In this document: positions 37,475 through 49,801 of the stretch, piece after piece | How the letters are laid out: every line of letters begins with the position of its first letter | How positions within the stretch are numbered: position 1 is the first letter of the stretch | Assembly: GCA_964016885.1 (NCBI GenBank) | Contig: OZ024757.1 | Location: 9,672,001 to 9,736,000 of the forward strand | Direction: 5' to 3' | From: Eledone cirrhosa | Lineage: Eukaryota | DNA: 64,000 bases | Translations under genes and position numbers: made by a program | Notes under the pieces: generated by a model | Told to the model about the DNA's origin: nothing | Databases searched by the model: none | What the model saw: only the letters and a program-made list of their open reading frames with translations

Positions 37475-40400
37475 ATGCTGTAAAATGGAGGGGTAGAGAG
37501 GGTCCTTGAGTCTAGTAAGACATCCTCTCTAGTGCTGGTGGCACAAATAAAAGCACCCAGTCCATGCTGTAAAGTGGCGCTGGTGTTAGGAAGGGCATCC
37601 AACCAGTGTATCAATGCCTAAACGCTTATCAGCACAGCAACAAATAGGAACAACAATAAAATATGAAGACGTCGCACCTCAGAGTTGCAACACTTAATGT
37701 TGGCACTCTCAGAGGTAGATCTGCTGAAATAGCGGAGATGCTGGAGAGAAAGCAGGTGGATGTGTGCTGCGTGCAAGAGGTGAGATGGGGAGGTGCCTCT
37801 GCGAGACTAGTCGTAGGCAAACGTCTTAGCTATAAGCTATTCTGGGTAGGTAAGGATGATGGGTTAGGGGGAGTAGGCATTTTCCTGGCTGAGAAATGGA
37901 TCAATAAGACAATAGAGGTAGTTCGAGTTAGTAATCGAATATTTAAGCTTAGATTAGTTGTAGGTAGGAGACTACTGACAATCATCTCGGTCTATGCTCC
38001 CCAAGCAGGCCTAGGCAAAGATGAGAAAGACTGCTTTTATGAGCAACTTTTACAAACAACCGCAATGACAGAAGACGGAGACATCGTTATGCTAGCAGGA
38101 GACTTCAATGGTCATGTTGGACAGCTCCAGGATGGTTACACTGGGGTACATGGTGGGCACGGTTACGGTTCAAGAAATGAAGAAGGAGTGAGACTTCTTG
38201 AATTTTGTGATGCAGGTACATTGACTATTTGCAACACAACTTCCAGAAACCTGCCAATCACCTAATAACCTACAAATCTGGTGAGCACATAAGCCAGATT
38301 GACTTCTTACTAGTTAGGCAGCGGGACAGGCAGATGGTGTCAAATACCAAGGCATACCCTGGGGAAGAATGTACCCCACAGCATAGGTTATTTGTTAGTG
38401 ATATCTCAGTAAGCAAGAGATGGAATGAGACATATAGGAAGGTGTGGAGAAGAAAGGTCTGGAAGCTAAAAGGCCTTTCACTAAAATACAAATTTAGGAA
38501 AGCCCTTCAAGATGTATATGACGAAAAAGAAGACGATTTAGAGACGTATGACATAGATAATAACTGGAATTTCTCACGTGACAACTTGCTGCAGGCTACT
38601 GATGAAACTTGTGGCTGGAGCAGAGCTCCAACCAGACAGAGAGTGACCTGGTGGTGGAACAGCACAGTAGATAAGGCTATTAAAGAAAAAAGACTAGCAT
38701 GGAAGGCTTGGAAAAAGGGTGGAATTAGGGAAGAATATACAGCCACTAAGAGAGAAGCTAGACGTCAGGTGTACATAGCACGCAGGGAGGCAGAGAGTAG
38801 GAGGTTTGCCAATGTTCTGCGATGGGAAGATCAGAGGCGTGCGGTGTTCCACATTGCAAGGCAGTGTGTCAATGCAAATCAGGATTTTGTTGAAGATAAA
38901 TGTGTCCGGGATGATGCCGGTGTACTTAGTGTCACGAATGATCAGAAAAAGGAGGCCTGGAAATGTCATTATGAGAGACTGATGAATGTGGAGAACAAAT
39001 GGGAGAGAGAGAAATTACCCTTGGTAGATCCGACAGAGGGACCAGCTATTGAGATTGACGAATATAGGGTCCAAGAGGCGATTAGGGAAATGAAAAATGG
39101 TAAGGCTGCCGGACCATCGGGAATAGTTGCTGAGATGCTGAAGGCATCAGGGGACGTAGGCACTAAACTGGTTGCACGCATCATCAATCAGGCTATATAT
39201 GGTGGTGTCATACCCAAAGACTGGTGCAGCAGTATTCTCATAAATTGCTACAAAGGTAAAGGGGATGCTCTGGAGAGGAGCAATTATAGGGGTATAAAAC
39301 TGATAGATCAGGTTATGAAAGTGGCAGAAAGGATTTTAGCACAACTAATTAGATAAAGGGTCAAACTAGATGAGATGCAGTTTGGTTTTGTGCCTGGGAA
39401 GAGTACAACAGATGCCTTCTTCTTGGTGAGACAATTGCAAGAGAGGTTCTTAGAGAAGAATAAGCCACTATACTTAGCCTTTGTTGACCTAGAGAAGGCC
39501 TTTGATAGGGTACCCCGATCTGTCATCTGGTGGTCCCTAAGGAAGCTAGGTGTTGAGGAATGGCTTGTGAGGACAGTGCAAACTTTGTACAGAGGTACTC
39601 TCAGTAAAGTCAGGGTAGGAATGGAGTTTAGTGAGGAATTCCAGATACAAGTAGGAGTACATCAGGGTTCGGTCCTCAGCCCGCTCTTGTTCATTATAGT
39701 CCTCCAAGCCATAACAGAGGAGTTTAAGACTGGCTGTCCATGGGAACTTCTCTATGCTGACGATCTGGTTCTTATAGCAGAATCAGTAGAGGAGCTAGAG
39801 AATAAATTCTGGCTATGGAAACAGCAGTTGGAAGCAAGAGGACTGAGAGTGAACCTAGCTGAGACAAAAGTGTTGATGAGTAGAAAAGAGGACAAAACCC
39901 TCATTCCGTCAGGGAAATGGCCATGTTCGATATTCAGAAAAGGAACTGGCATAAATTCTATAAAATGCGCACAATGCAGATCCTGGGTACACAAGAGATG
40001 TAGCGGGATAGCAGGCAAACTAACAGGTAGGGAGAAATACGTATGCAGTAGATGTACAGGGAAATTAGACAGTAGAAGTCGCAGTGATAGACACATTTTT
40101 CAAATGCAGGAGGGTGCTATAGAAGTGGTGGATAGCTCCCGGTACCTAGGAGATCAGATTAGCATGGGATGAGGGTATTCCGAGGCCATAGTGTCGAGAA
40201 TAAGGACGGGTTGGAAGAAGTTTAGGGAGCTGCTTCCTCTGCTGACGAAGAAGGGTTTCTCCCTGCGTACGAAAGGCCGGTTGTATGATGCCTGTGTGAG
40301 GAGCGCGATGCTGCATGGTAGTGAGACATGGGCAGCAACTGCAGAGGATATGTGACGGCTGGAGAGAAATGAGACAAGCATGCTCCGTTGGATGTGCAGT

Positions 40401-40747
40401 GTAAATGTGCGTGAACGACTCAGCATGAATGTGTTGAGAGAGAAAGTGTGTCTGAGAGGGATAGAGTGTAGTGTACGGGAGAGGAGACTGAGGTGGTATG
40501 GATATGTGATGCGCATGGAGGATGACCGATGGGTGAAGAAGTGCCAGAAAATGCCAGTTGAAGGAAGACGTGGTAGAGGTTGACCACAAAAAACATAGGC
40601 GGAGGTGGTGAGAACAGACCTCAGATGATTGAAGCTCACGGTGGAGATGACGAAGGACCGTGACGAGTGGAGAGATGCTGTGCTGAATAAGACCCGTCCC
40701 ACCCTTGCAAGCAGGGAAAAGCGGACGTAAAATGATGATGATGATAT
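37475..40747 (+). mobile_element. Essentially full-length but inactivated RTE LINE (subfamily B): 5' UTR, APE endonuclease, RT, PHD-like finger, tail
   Basis: 37663 MKTSHLRVATLNVGTLRG...VQEVRW...AGDFNGHVG; 38229-39356; 39375-40172 with YADD; frameshift near 38245 and several stops; (GAT)n tail. Confidence 0.95.
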
Positions 40748-40749
40748 AT

Positions 40750-41022
40750 CATCATCATCATCATCGTTTAACGTCCGTGTTCCACATATATATATCATCA
40801 TCATCACTGTTTTACGTCCGTTCTTCTATGCTAGCATGGGTTAGACGGGTTCTCCTGTTGTGGGCAGTGTCCGGTTGGCTGACCTTGTCTTGCTCATATG
40901 GGAACTGATTCTGCCTTGATTTCTACAGCTGGATACCCTTCCGAACACCAACCTTATTTACAGTGAGAGATGGGTACTTTTCTTCCGTGGTGCCTACATG
41001 TCCATTTTATAGTGTGGGTTGA
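40750..41022 (-). mobile_element. RTE/SINE 3'-tail fragments, tail-to-tail with the preceding LINE
   Basis: catcatcatcgtttaacgtcc; ttctacagctggataccctt. Confidence 0.8.
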
Positions 41023-41143
41023 TATACATATAATATATCTATATAATATATATATATTATATATAATATATATATATAACATATATATATATATAATATA
41101 TATAACCTATATATATATATAATATAATATATCTATATATATC

Positions 41144-41612
41144 TGAGAGACAGAGTGAGCATCAGAGGAATCAAATGCTGTGTGCAGGAGAGGTGGTTGC
41201 ATTGGTATGGACATGTTATGCGTATGAAAGATGACAGCTGCATAAAAAGGTGCAGAGCACTAGAAGTCGATGGAAGCCGCGGAGTGGGGAGACCCAAGAT
41301 GACCTGGGATGAGGAGATAAAAGCCGACCTTACCCAATTACACCTCTCAAAGGCGATGACACACAACCGTGACCTCTGGTGTCACGCAGTAATACAGAGT
41401 ACCCGACCAGCCATGGGTACATGCTGAAGCATATAGACAATATGCCCCTTCACTCCCCACTGCAAGGTGGTCGTGGAGGTGCCACGGAAAAAAAGCACCC
41501 AGCCCACACTGTAAAGTGGACGTGTAGGCGCCACGATAAAGCACCCAGCACTCACTGTAAATGAGGTTGGTGTTAGGAAGGGCATCCAGCTGTAGAAATC
41601 AAACCAAATCAG
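41144..41612 (+). mobile_element. RTE LINE 3' fragment (subfamily D)
   Basis: SIRGIKCCVQERWLHWYGHVMRM...GRPKMTW followed by 3' UTR with 48-bp-type units. Confidence 0.88.
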
Positions 41613-41614
41613 TT

Positions 41615-41822
41615 CCTTAGTGGTTAGAGCATTGGGCTTGTAATTGAAAGGTTGTGAGTTCAATTCTCGGACCGGGTGATGTGTTATGTCCTTGAGCAAG
41701 ACACTTTATTTCACGTTGCTCCTTCTACCTGGAGTTGTGACCAATAGATAGTATTAGCAATTGGAAAGACCAATGGAAACATTGTTTCTTCAGTCCAATT
41801 TGACGAAAGTCGATCGACTGAC
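41615..41822 (+). mobile_element. SINE family 2
   Basis: cttagtggttagagcattggg...gagttcaattct...ccttgagcaagacactt...gtcgatcgact. Confidence 0.85.
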
Positions 41823-41989
41823 TATATATATATATATATATATATATTATACATATATATATATATATATGTGTTACTTGCTGTATCTGCTAGAAAGACC
41901 CAGATAATATGAGATGTTCTCCCGGATGTATCATATACTGCAAATCTATGCAGATGTATACACATAAATATACACTTGTAATTATACAC

Positions 41990-42520
41990 ACATAGAAGTG
42001 GTTGATAGCTTCTGTGACTTAATTAGCAGTGGAGGATGACTGTATAACACCTGCCAATAAAATATGATGCTACATGGTAGTGAAACAAGGGCTGTGACAG
42101 CAGAAAAAAAGTGTAGACTGGAGAGGAATGAAGCAACCATGCTTCATTGGATATGCCATTTAAGTGTGAGAGAAAGGCAGAGCTTAGACAAGTTGAGGGA
42201 GAAGCTGGGTTTAAGAGGGATCTTAAGAGATGTGTAAGAGAGAAGACTGCATTGGTACGGACATGTGATACACATGGATAATGACAGCTGGGTGAAGAAG
42301 TGCCAGGACATCCCAGTAGAAGGAAGCCATAGTAGAGGTAGACCAAGAAAGACCTGGACAGAGGTTGTGTGAACTGACTTCAAATGACTGACTCTCACAG
42401 AGGAGATGACAAAGGAACACGACAAGTTCAAAGATGCCATGTTGAGAAGGACATGTCCAACCCAAGGAAGCATGGAAAAACAGACATAAAAACAGTGATG
42501 ATGTTGATGAAGATGACGTA
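41990..42520 (+). mobile_element. Old RTE LINE 3' fragment
   Basis: Degenerate match to the RRLHWYGHV / GRPRKTW region and tail. Confidence 0.8.
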
Positions 42521-42568
42521 CATATACACACATACATAATAAATAAATCAAATACAGATATGCACAGT

Positions 42569-42914
42569 GGAGGCACATGGCTTAGTCGTTAGAGCATTGG
42601 CCTTGCAATCGAAAGGTTGTGAGATCAATTCTCAGACCGTGTGATGTGTTGTTTCCTTTAGCAAGACACTTTATTTGACTTTGCTCCAGTTTACTCAGCT
42701 GTAGAAATGAGATGATAGGGACTGGGGTTCATATCATTCCACTGAAAAGTCGCGTGGAGGTGCCACGGCAAAAAAGCACCCAGCACTCTCTGTAAATGAG
42801 GTTGGTGTTAGGAAGGGCATCCAGCTGTTGAAATGAAGCCAGAATCAGTTCAGTCCCACCCTTGCATGCAGGGAAAAGCGGACGTTAAATGATGATGATG
42901 ATGATGATGATGAT
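42569..42914 (+). mobile_element. SINE family 1
   Basis: Colinear with 4718-5097; gatatgcaca repeated at both flanks. Confidence 0.88.
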
Positions 42915-43082
42915 ATGCACAAACTTATATACAAACATATACATGGACACAAATTTCTACACACATACATTCACATACATATAACGTATGTCAATTCTGA
43001 ACAATACAGTTTAGTCAGCACAAGTCTTGGTTACAACTTCTACAAATAAAATGAAAGGAGAATAATTTCTTAGTAAAACAGT

Positions 43083-43088
43083 TTTATT
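43083..43088 (-). promoter_or_regulatory. Candidate poly(A) signal AATAAA of the zinc-finger gene
   Basis: tttatt on plus strand, downstream of the degenerate 3' fingers. Confidence 0.35.
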
Positions 43089-43184
43089 CAAGATATTAAC
43101 AACATTGGTGGCACTATTTTAGGTGAGTGACATGGTTTTTATCTTGTCTAATTGTGTTTGTGTTGCATCAAGTAACCTTTACAA

Positions 43185-43635
43185 GTGAATTATTTATCAC
43201 AGACACCACAGTGATATGGTTCCTCTCCTGTATATGTTAGTGTGTAGTGAAGCCACAACATTTAGAGAAGGATTTATCACAGTGATATGGTTCCTCTCCT
43301 GTATATGTTAGTGTGTAGGGAAGCCACAACATTTAGAGAATTATTTACCACAGACATCACAGGGATATGGTTCCTCTCCTGTATATGTTAGTGCCTAGTG
43401 AAGCCACAACATTTAGAGAATTATTTACCACAGACATCACAGTGATATAATTCCTCTCCTATATGTTAGTGTGTAGTGAAGCCACATTTACAGAATTATT
43501 TACCACAGACATCACAGTGATATAGTTCCTCTCCTATATGTTAGTGTGTAGTGAAGCCACAACATTTAGAGAATTATTTACCACAGACATCACAGTGATA
43601 TAGTTCCTCTCCTTATGTTAGTGTGTAGTGAAACC
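43185..43635 (-). repeat. About 5-6 copies of the ~80-bp finger-derived repeat in the putative 3' UTR of the ZNF gene
   Basis: gtgatatggttcctctcctgtatatgttagtgtgtagtgaagccacaacatttagaga is the reverse complement of the 26.5-28.8 kb unit. Confidence 0.9.
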
Positions 43636-43654
43636 AAAAATAAAAATGATTTAC

Positions 43655-43797
43655 ATGGGTGGAGGTGGCGAGAGCAGACCTTTGAAGCTCACGGTGCAGA
43701 TGACGAAGGACCATGACAAGTGAAGAGATGCTTTGCTGAATAGGACCCATCCCACCCTTGCACGCAGGGAAAAGCGGACGTAAAATGATGATGATGA
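43655..43797 (+). mobile_element. RTE subfamily B extreme 3' fragment
   Basis: catgggtggaggtggcgagagcagacc...gggaaaagcggacgtaaaatgatgatg. Confidence 0.85.
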
Positions 43798-44016
43798 TAT
43801 GGTTTCCCTCATCTATGCATACATTTAGTTAAATTGCTCCATTAAAAGATATATTTTCCAAACATATCAAAGTGATATGGCTTCCCACCTGTATATGTTT
43901 GTGTGAAGTTAATGTAACATTGAAAGAGAAGGATTTACCATAGATATTACACTGATATATATTTGTATTCTCATTAATTCACAATTTTGCGAGGATTTAT
44001 CACTGATGTCAATGCG

Positions 44017-45789
44017 TTAAGATTTCTCCTCTGCATGTATGAGATTGTGAGTAGTTAGGCTACTTTTCCCAGAGAATGATATACCACAGATACCACAGTG
44101 ATATGGCTTGTCTCCTGTATGTATACGTTTGTGGCTAGTTAAGGTACTACCTTCAGAGAATGATTTACCACAGATATCACAGTGGTATGGCTTGTCTCCT
44201 GTATGGGTACGTTTATGGCTAGTTAAGTGACCACTTTCAGAGAATGATTTACCACAGATATCACAGTGATATGGTTTGTCACCTGTATGGGTACGTATGT
44301 GTCTCGTTAAGTGACTATTTTGAGGGAATGATTTACCACAGATATCACAGTGGTATGGCTTGTCTCCTGTATGTATACGTTTGTGGCTAGTTAAGGAACT
44401 ACTCCGAGAGAATGATTTACCACAGATATCACAGTGGTATGGCTTGTCTCCTGTATGGGTACGTTTGTGTCTAGTTAGGGTACTACTATCAGAGAATGAT
44501 TTACCACAGATATCACAGTGATATGGCTTGTCTCCTGTATGTATGCATTTGTGTCTAGTTAAGGTACTACTATTAGAGAATGATTCACCACAGATATCAC
44601 ATTGATATGGCTTGTCTGCCGTATGGGTACGTTTGTGTTTAGTTAAGGTACTACTTAATGAGAATGATTTTCCACAGATACCACAGTGATATGGCTTATC
44701 TCCTGTATGTATACGTTTGTGTTTAGTTATGGTATTACGTTCAGAGAATGATTTACCACAGATATCACAGTGATATGGCTTTTCTCCTGTATGGGTACAT
44801 TTGTGTCTCGTTAAGTGACTACTTTCAGAGAATGATTTACCACAGATATCACAGTGATATGGCTTGTCACCTGTATGGGTACGTTTGTGGATATTTAAGG
44901 TATTACTTACAGAGAAAGATTTACCACAGATATCACAGTGATATGGCTTGTCTCCTGTATGTATATGTTTGTGTCTCGTTAAGTGACTACTTTGAGGGAA
45001 TGATTTACCACAGATATCACAGTGATATGGCTTGTCTCCTGTATGTATACGTTTGTGTCTAGTTAATGCGTTACTTTCAGAGAATGATTTACCACAGATA
45101 TCACAGTGATATGGCTTGTCTCCTGTATGTATACGTTTGTGTCTAGTTAAGGCGATACTTTCAGAGAATGGTTTACCACAGATATCACAGTGATATGGCT
45201 TGTCACCTGTATGGGTACGTATGTGTCTCGTTAAGTGACTACTTTGAGGGAATGATTTACCACAGATATCACAGTGGTAAAGCTTGTCTCCTGTATGTAT
45301 ACGTTTGTGGTTAGTTAAAGAACTACTCCGAGAGAATGATTTACCACAGATATCACAGTGGTATGGCTTGTCTCCTGTATGGGTACGTTTGTGTCTAGTT
45401 AGGTTACTACTATCAGAAAATGATTTACCACAGATATCACAGTGATATGGCTTGACTCCTGTATGTATACGTTTGTGTCTAGTTAAGGTACTACTATTAG
45501 AGAATGATTCACCACAGATATCACAGTGATATGGCTTGTCTCCTGTATGGGTACGTTTGTGGTTAGTTAAGGTACTACTTAATGAGAATGATATACCACA
45601 GATATCACAGTGATATGGCTTATTTCCTGTATGTATACATTTGTGTTTAGTTATGGTATTATGTTCAGAGAATGATTTACCACAGATATCACAGTGATAT
45701 GGCTTGTCTCCTGTATGGGTACATATGTGTCTCGTTAAGTTACTACTTACTGAGAAAGATTTACCACATATATCACAGTGATATGACAT
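44017..45789 (-). CDS. Poly-C2H2 zinc-finger protein ORF (21 fingers from the internal ATG; frame stays open to 46212, 26 fingers)
   Basis: 590-aa ORF of tandem 28-aa [10 protein letters not shown]...H-x3-HTGDKP units; no effector domain visible. Confidence 0.85.
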   Translation of the reverse strand: MSYHCDICGKSFSVSSNLTRHICTHTGDKPYHCDICGKSFSEHNTITKHKCIHTGNKPYHCDICGISFSLSSTLTNHKRTHTGDKPYHCDICGESFSNSSTLTRHKRIHTGVKPYHCDICGKSFSDSSNLTRHKRTHTGDKPYHCDICGKSFSRSSSLTNHKRIHTGDKLYHCDICGKSFPQSSHLTRHIRTHTGDKPYHCDICGKPFSESIALTRHKRIHTGDKPYHCDICGKSFSESNALTRHKRIHTGDKPYHCDICGKSFPQSSHLTRHKHIHTGDKPYHCDICGKSFSVSNTLNIHKRTHTGDKPYHCDICGKSFSESSHLTRHKCTHTGEKPYHCDICGKSFSERNTITKHKRIHTGDKPYHCGICGKSFSLSSTLTKHKRTHTADKPYQCDICGESFSNSSTLTRHKCIHTGDKPYHCDICGKSFSDSSTLTRHKRTHTGDKPYHCDICGKSFSRSSSLTSHKRIHTGDKPYHCDICGKSFPQNSHLTRHIRTHTGDKPYHCDICGKSFSESGHLTSHKRTHTGDKPYHCDICGKSFSEGSTLTSHKRIHTGDKPYHCGICGISFSGKSSLTTHNLIHAEEKS

Positions 45790-46454
<665 letters not shown>

Positions 46455-47219
46455 AATAATTTCATCTCCAACAGAATATACTTGTAATATTTTTTACATT
46501 ATATTCCTAAAAAATATATCTTCTATATTTCCCTCAACTGTGATTTCAGTTAATAGTCTTCAAATGATGATAAATAGAGGTGATGTATCCGAGATTGAAA
46601 ATAATAATTTATCCCAATGTCATCTGGTATTCTGAAATAAGAAAGAAACAGTATGAGATAATACAGAATACTTAAGAAGCAGAAATAGATTTAACAGTGG
46701 AAATTTTATATTTCTATATTGGTAAACTGTAGATATCAACTTTCCTGTCCAGAGTAATTCTCTCCAATGCAAACAGTAGTATTCCAGCATGCTCTATAAA
46801 TGTTATCCTTCTATCTCTAGAGAAGTCTGCTCTATGGCAGTTTAGTGAAAAATTCATTCTGATAGGACTCTCTAACATAGCTATTATCTCCTCTGCTGGT
46901 GACATGTCAACACCAGTTTAACTTCCATCTTTTTATTAGTAGGAGTCAATTGTTCCTCTACATCTTTTTCTTACTTCTTTTCTATCTGGGAGAAATCAGC
47001 TGTGTTTAGACCAGGAGTTATGAGTCTATATGAATCCATACAATATCAGATTTCACTTGAAGTTTTATTCAGATCTCAATTCTGTTCAAACGAGAGAGGT
47101 GATGGGCTCCATCAGGTTTTTAAATATGCCTGAGAAATACTGTATGTCACTTAGAGTACCCCTACAACTCCACTAGTGTTTCATTTGTTGAGGACTAGAT
47201 CTGGGTTAGCCAGCCAATT

Positions 47220-47880
47220 ATCAGTAGAAGGGAAAACAGAGCCCTGATCCCCTCAGAAAAATCGCCTTGCTCTGTGTGCTAGAAAGGTGTAGGTAGAAAT
47301 TCCATTCTCTGTCCAAAATACAAACAATGGGTACACAAGAGATGTAGTGGGATCTCAGGTAAGTTAGCTAAGAATATACGTTTTACATGTGGCCATTGCA
47401 CAGGAGCAGTAAGCAGCAAACATTCACAGGAAGCAACGAGTGACTTTCGTCAAATTGGACCGAGGAAACAATGTTTCCATTGGTCTTTCCAATTGCTAAT
47501 ACTATCTGTCAGTCACAACTCCAGGTAGAAGGAGCAATGTGAAATAAAATGTCTTCCTCAAGGACATAACGCATCACCCGGTCAGTGAATCGAACTCACA
47601 ACCTCACGATTGCGAATCCAATTCTCTAACCACTCAGCCACACGCCTTCACAGGAAACAAGCCCTAACAAACTGTTGGCGGGTCACATAGAAGAGGTAGA
47701 CAGCTTCTGTTACCTGGGTGATGATATCATCAGTGGAGGGGGGGGGGGGGTTCTGAAAGTAGAGCAGCCTGAGTGAACATGGAATGGAAATGGTTCAGGA
47801 TGCTACTACCATGGCAACTTACTGTAGGCTTTTTCCTCAAAACAAAGGGCAGGTTGAATAATGCGTGTATACGAACAGTT
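47220..47880 (+). mobile_element. Decayed RTE fragment (PHD region) interrupted by a minus-strand family 2 SINE at 47440-47648
   Basis: Degenerate PCSVC..KGVGRNSILCPK..WVHKRCSG; SINE flanked by cacaggaagcaa / cacaggaaacaa. Confidence 0.8.
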
Positions 47881-47882
47881 TA

Positions 47883-47929
<47 letters not shown>

Positions 47930-47934
<5 letters not shown>

Positions 47935-49235
47935 CGTTTCTGAATTTGTTTAGCAAGATTCTTTATCTGAAATCGTGTGTTGAAACCGATATTGTTATAC
48001 TTTGGGAGGGTCATGTTGCCAATAAGAAACACACGCACCAGTTGCTTTCACTTCAATTTATTATATATTTATAAATTTATAAATCTACAAACTTATAAGT
48101 TTCTGGTTGGTTGGTTGGTTCCACAACCAGATAGTTGTTTATATATAGTCATAGTCCTTTCGTCACACACTCTGTGACCTCTTCAGTGACTGGGGATTCC
48201 TTTCTTTGTTTCTGTGCCTTTCCTTTCTTTGTTTCTGTGCCTTTCCTTTCTTCTGTCCTACGCTATTTTGTTTCTGTGTGTGTGTTGTGTGCTCAGTTTG
48301 CACATGCGCCACATCCGGGTGTCTGTGTGTGTTTGTGTTCATTTATCTATTTGTTTATTTATTTATTTATTTATTGTTGGTTGGTTGTTTGTTCTATGTG
48401 TGTGTGTGTTTTCATTTTGTCCTTAATTGTAAGTTGTGATGTTGCTGTTCCACTCATATTTTCTATTTAATTTTGGTTGTAATTCTTTTATGCTTACTGC
48501 CTCTGTAATTTGCCTAAACATTGCATCTTTTCTGTGTGTGGATTCTATTTTTATTTCTATGTTCTCTAATTTACCCTCGTGTTCTATCTTAGCATGTTGG
48601 TAGAGTACAGATGATTCTTTATTATCTTGAAGGTCTCGCCAGTGTTCATTTATCCGTTCCCCTATACTACGAGCTGTCTCACCTATGTACACTATTTTTT
48701 GCTTCTACCTTGTCCTTCAGTACATCTTATGCTATACACTACATTTCTAGTTTTACAGTTAATATGGGGGCTTATTTTACAGGTTATAGATTTCTTATCT
48801 ATGTATGAGGGTCTTTGGAACGGGTATGTCTTGCTAATAAGTGTTTTTACGGAGGTACCTGGTCTTTCTACTATCTTAATATTGAGTTTATGTTTATTTA
48901 GGGCCCTTCTAAATTTGTAGGCTAGTTCGCCTCTAGGGGTTGTATTGATGAACATTACACTCTGGTATTTGTTGCTATCATACCATGAGTTTATTCTATT
49001 GGCCTTGTTCCTAGTTCTTTCTATTCTATTCCAAAATTTGCTCTTATACAAGGGGCAGGTCCCATTTATGTCATTACTTACCATTTTTTCCAATTTATAA
49101 ATTTATAAATATATTTATAAATATATTTATAAATATATTTATAAATAAATTTATAAATATATAATAAGTTGAAGTGAAAGCAACTGGTGCGTGTGTTTCT
49201 TATTGGCAACATGACCCTCCCAAAGTATAACAATA
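47930..49235 (-). mobile_element. 5'-truncated Penelope-like element: linker, GIY-YIG endonuclease, pLTR with hammerhead-like motif, inverted 5' copy of the 3' end
   Basis: NCKTRNVVYSIRC...YIGETARSIGERINEH...RQITEAVSI..LQPKLN; ~47990-48085 is inverted at ~49140-49235; flanked by TA tracts. Confidence 0.88.
48147..48192 (-). ncRNA. Hammerhead-like motif in the Penelope pLTR
   Basis: AGTCA-CTGAAGA-g-GTCACA-gagtg-TGTGAC-GAAA-GGAC-TA-TGACT (one extra nt before stem II). Confidence 0.7.
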
Positions 49236-49281
49236 TATATATATTTATATATATATAATTGTGTGTATATATATATACATT

Positions 49282-49745
49282 AAGACAATGTCACTGGACT
49301 GAGATCTTTGGCGCTACTCAGTAATACAGAAGATCCGCCTTGCCTATGTACGAAGCGAAACCTACAGTCAGTAGGCACTTCTTAACCAAATATACACCCC
49401 CATCCCACTATCCAACCCCCACCCCCATCAACACCACCCTATCTCTGTAAAGTTATGTTGGTACCACAACATCCAGTCCTAAATAAATGAGATCGTGTAG
49501 GTGTCACGACAAAAAAACACACAGTCCACGCTGTAATGTGGCCGTGTAGGTAACATGGTAAAAACCTCCCAGTCCACACTGTAAACGTGGTTGGTGTTAG
49601 GAAGGATATCCAGCCATAGAAAACCCGCCATCTAGTCCTATAGAAGTGAGATACGGTCACCCGACCAATCTTGCCTCAAGTGGGACAATTCCCATCTAGA
49701 CCCATGCCAGCGTGGAAGGTAGACTTTAAACGATGATGATGATGA
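49282..49745 (+). mobile_element. RTE subfamily A/C 3' UTR fragment
   Basis: aagacaatgtcactggac... through to (GAT)n tail. Confidence 0.88.
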
Positions 49746-49801
49746 CAAGCAATATATATAATCTAAGTAGAATGGTATAATGAAAGCATATAATGTAGGT
49801 A

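Noticed and set aside
36677-37614. Poly-T/N/V/C/H ORFs
   Set aside because: Triplet and GT low-complexity sequence; no domain or splice support
37663-40747. Active autonomous LINE
   Set aside because: Frameshift near 38245 and several in-frame stops
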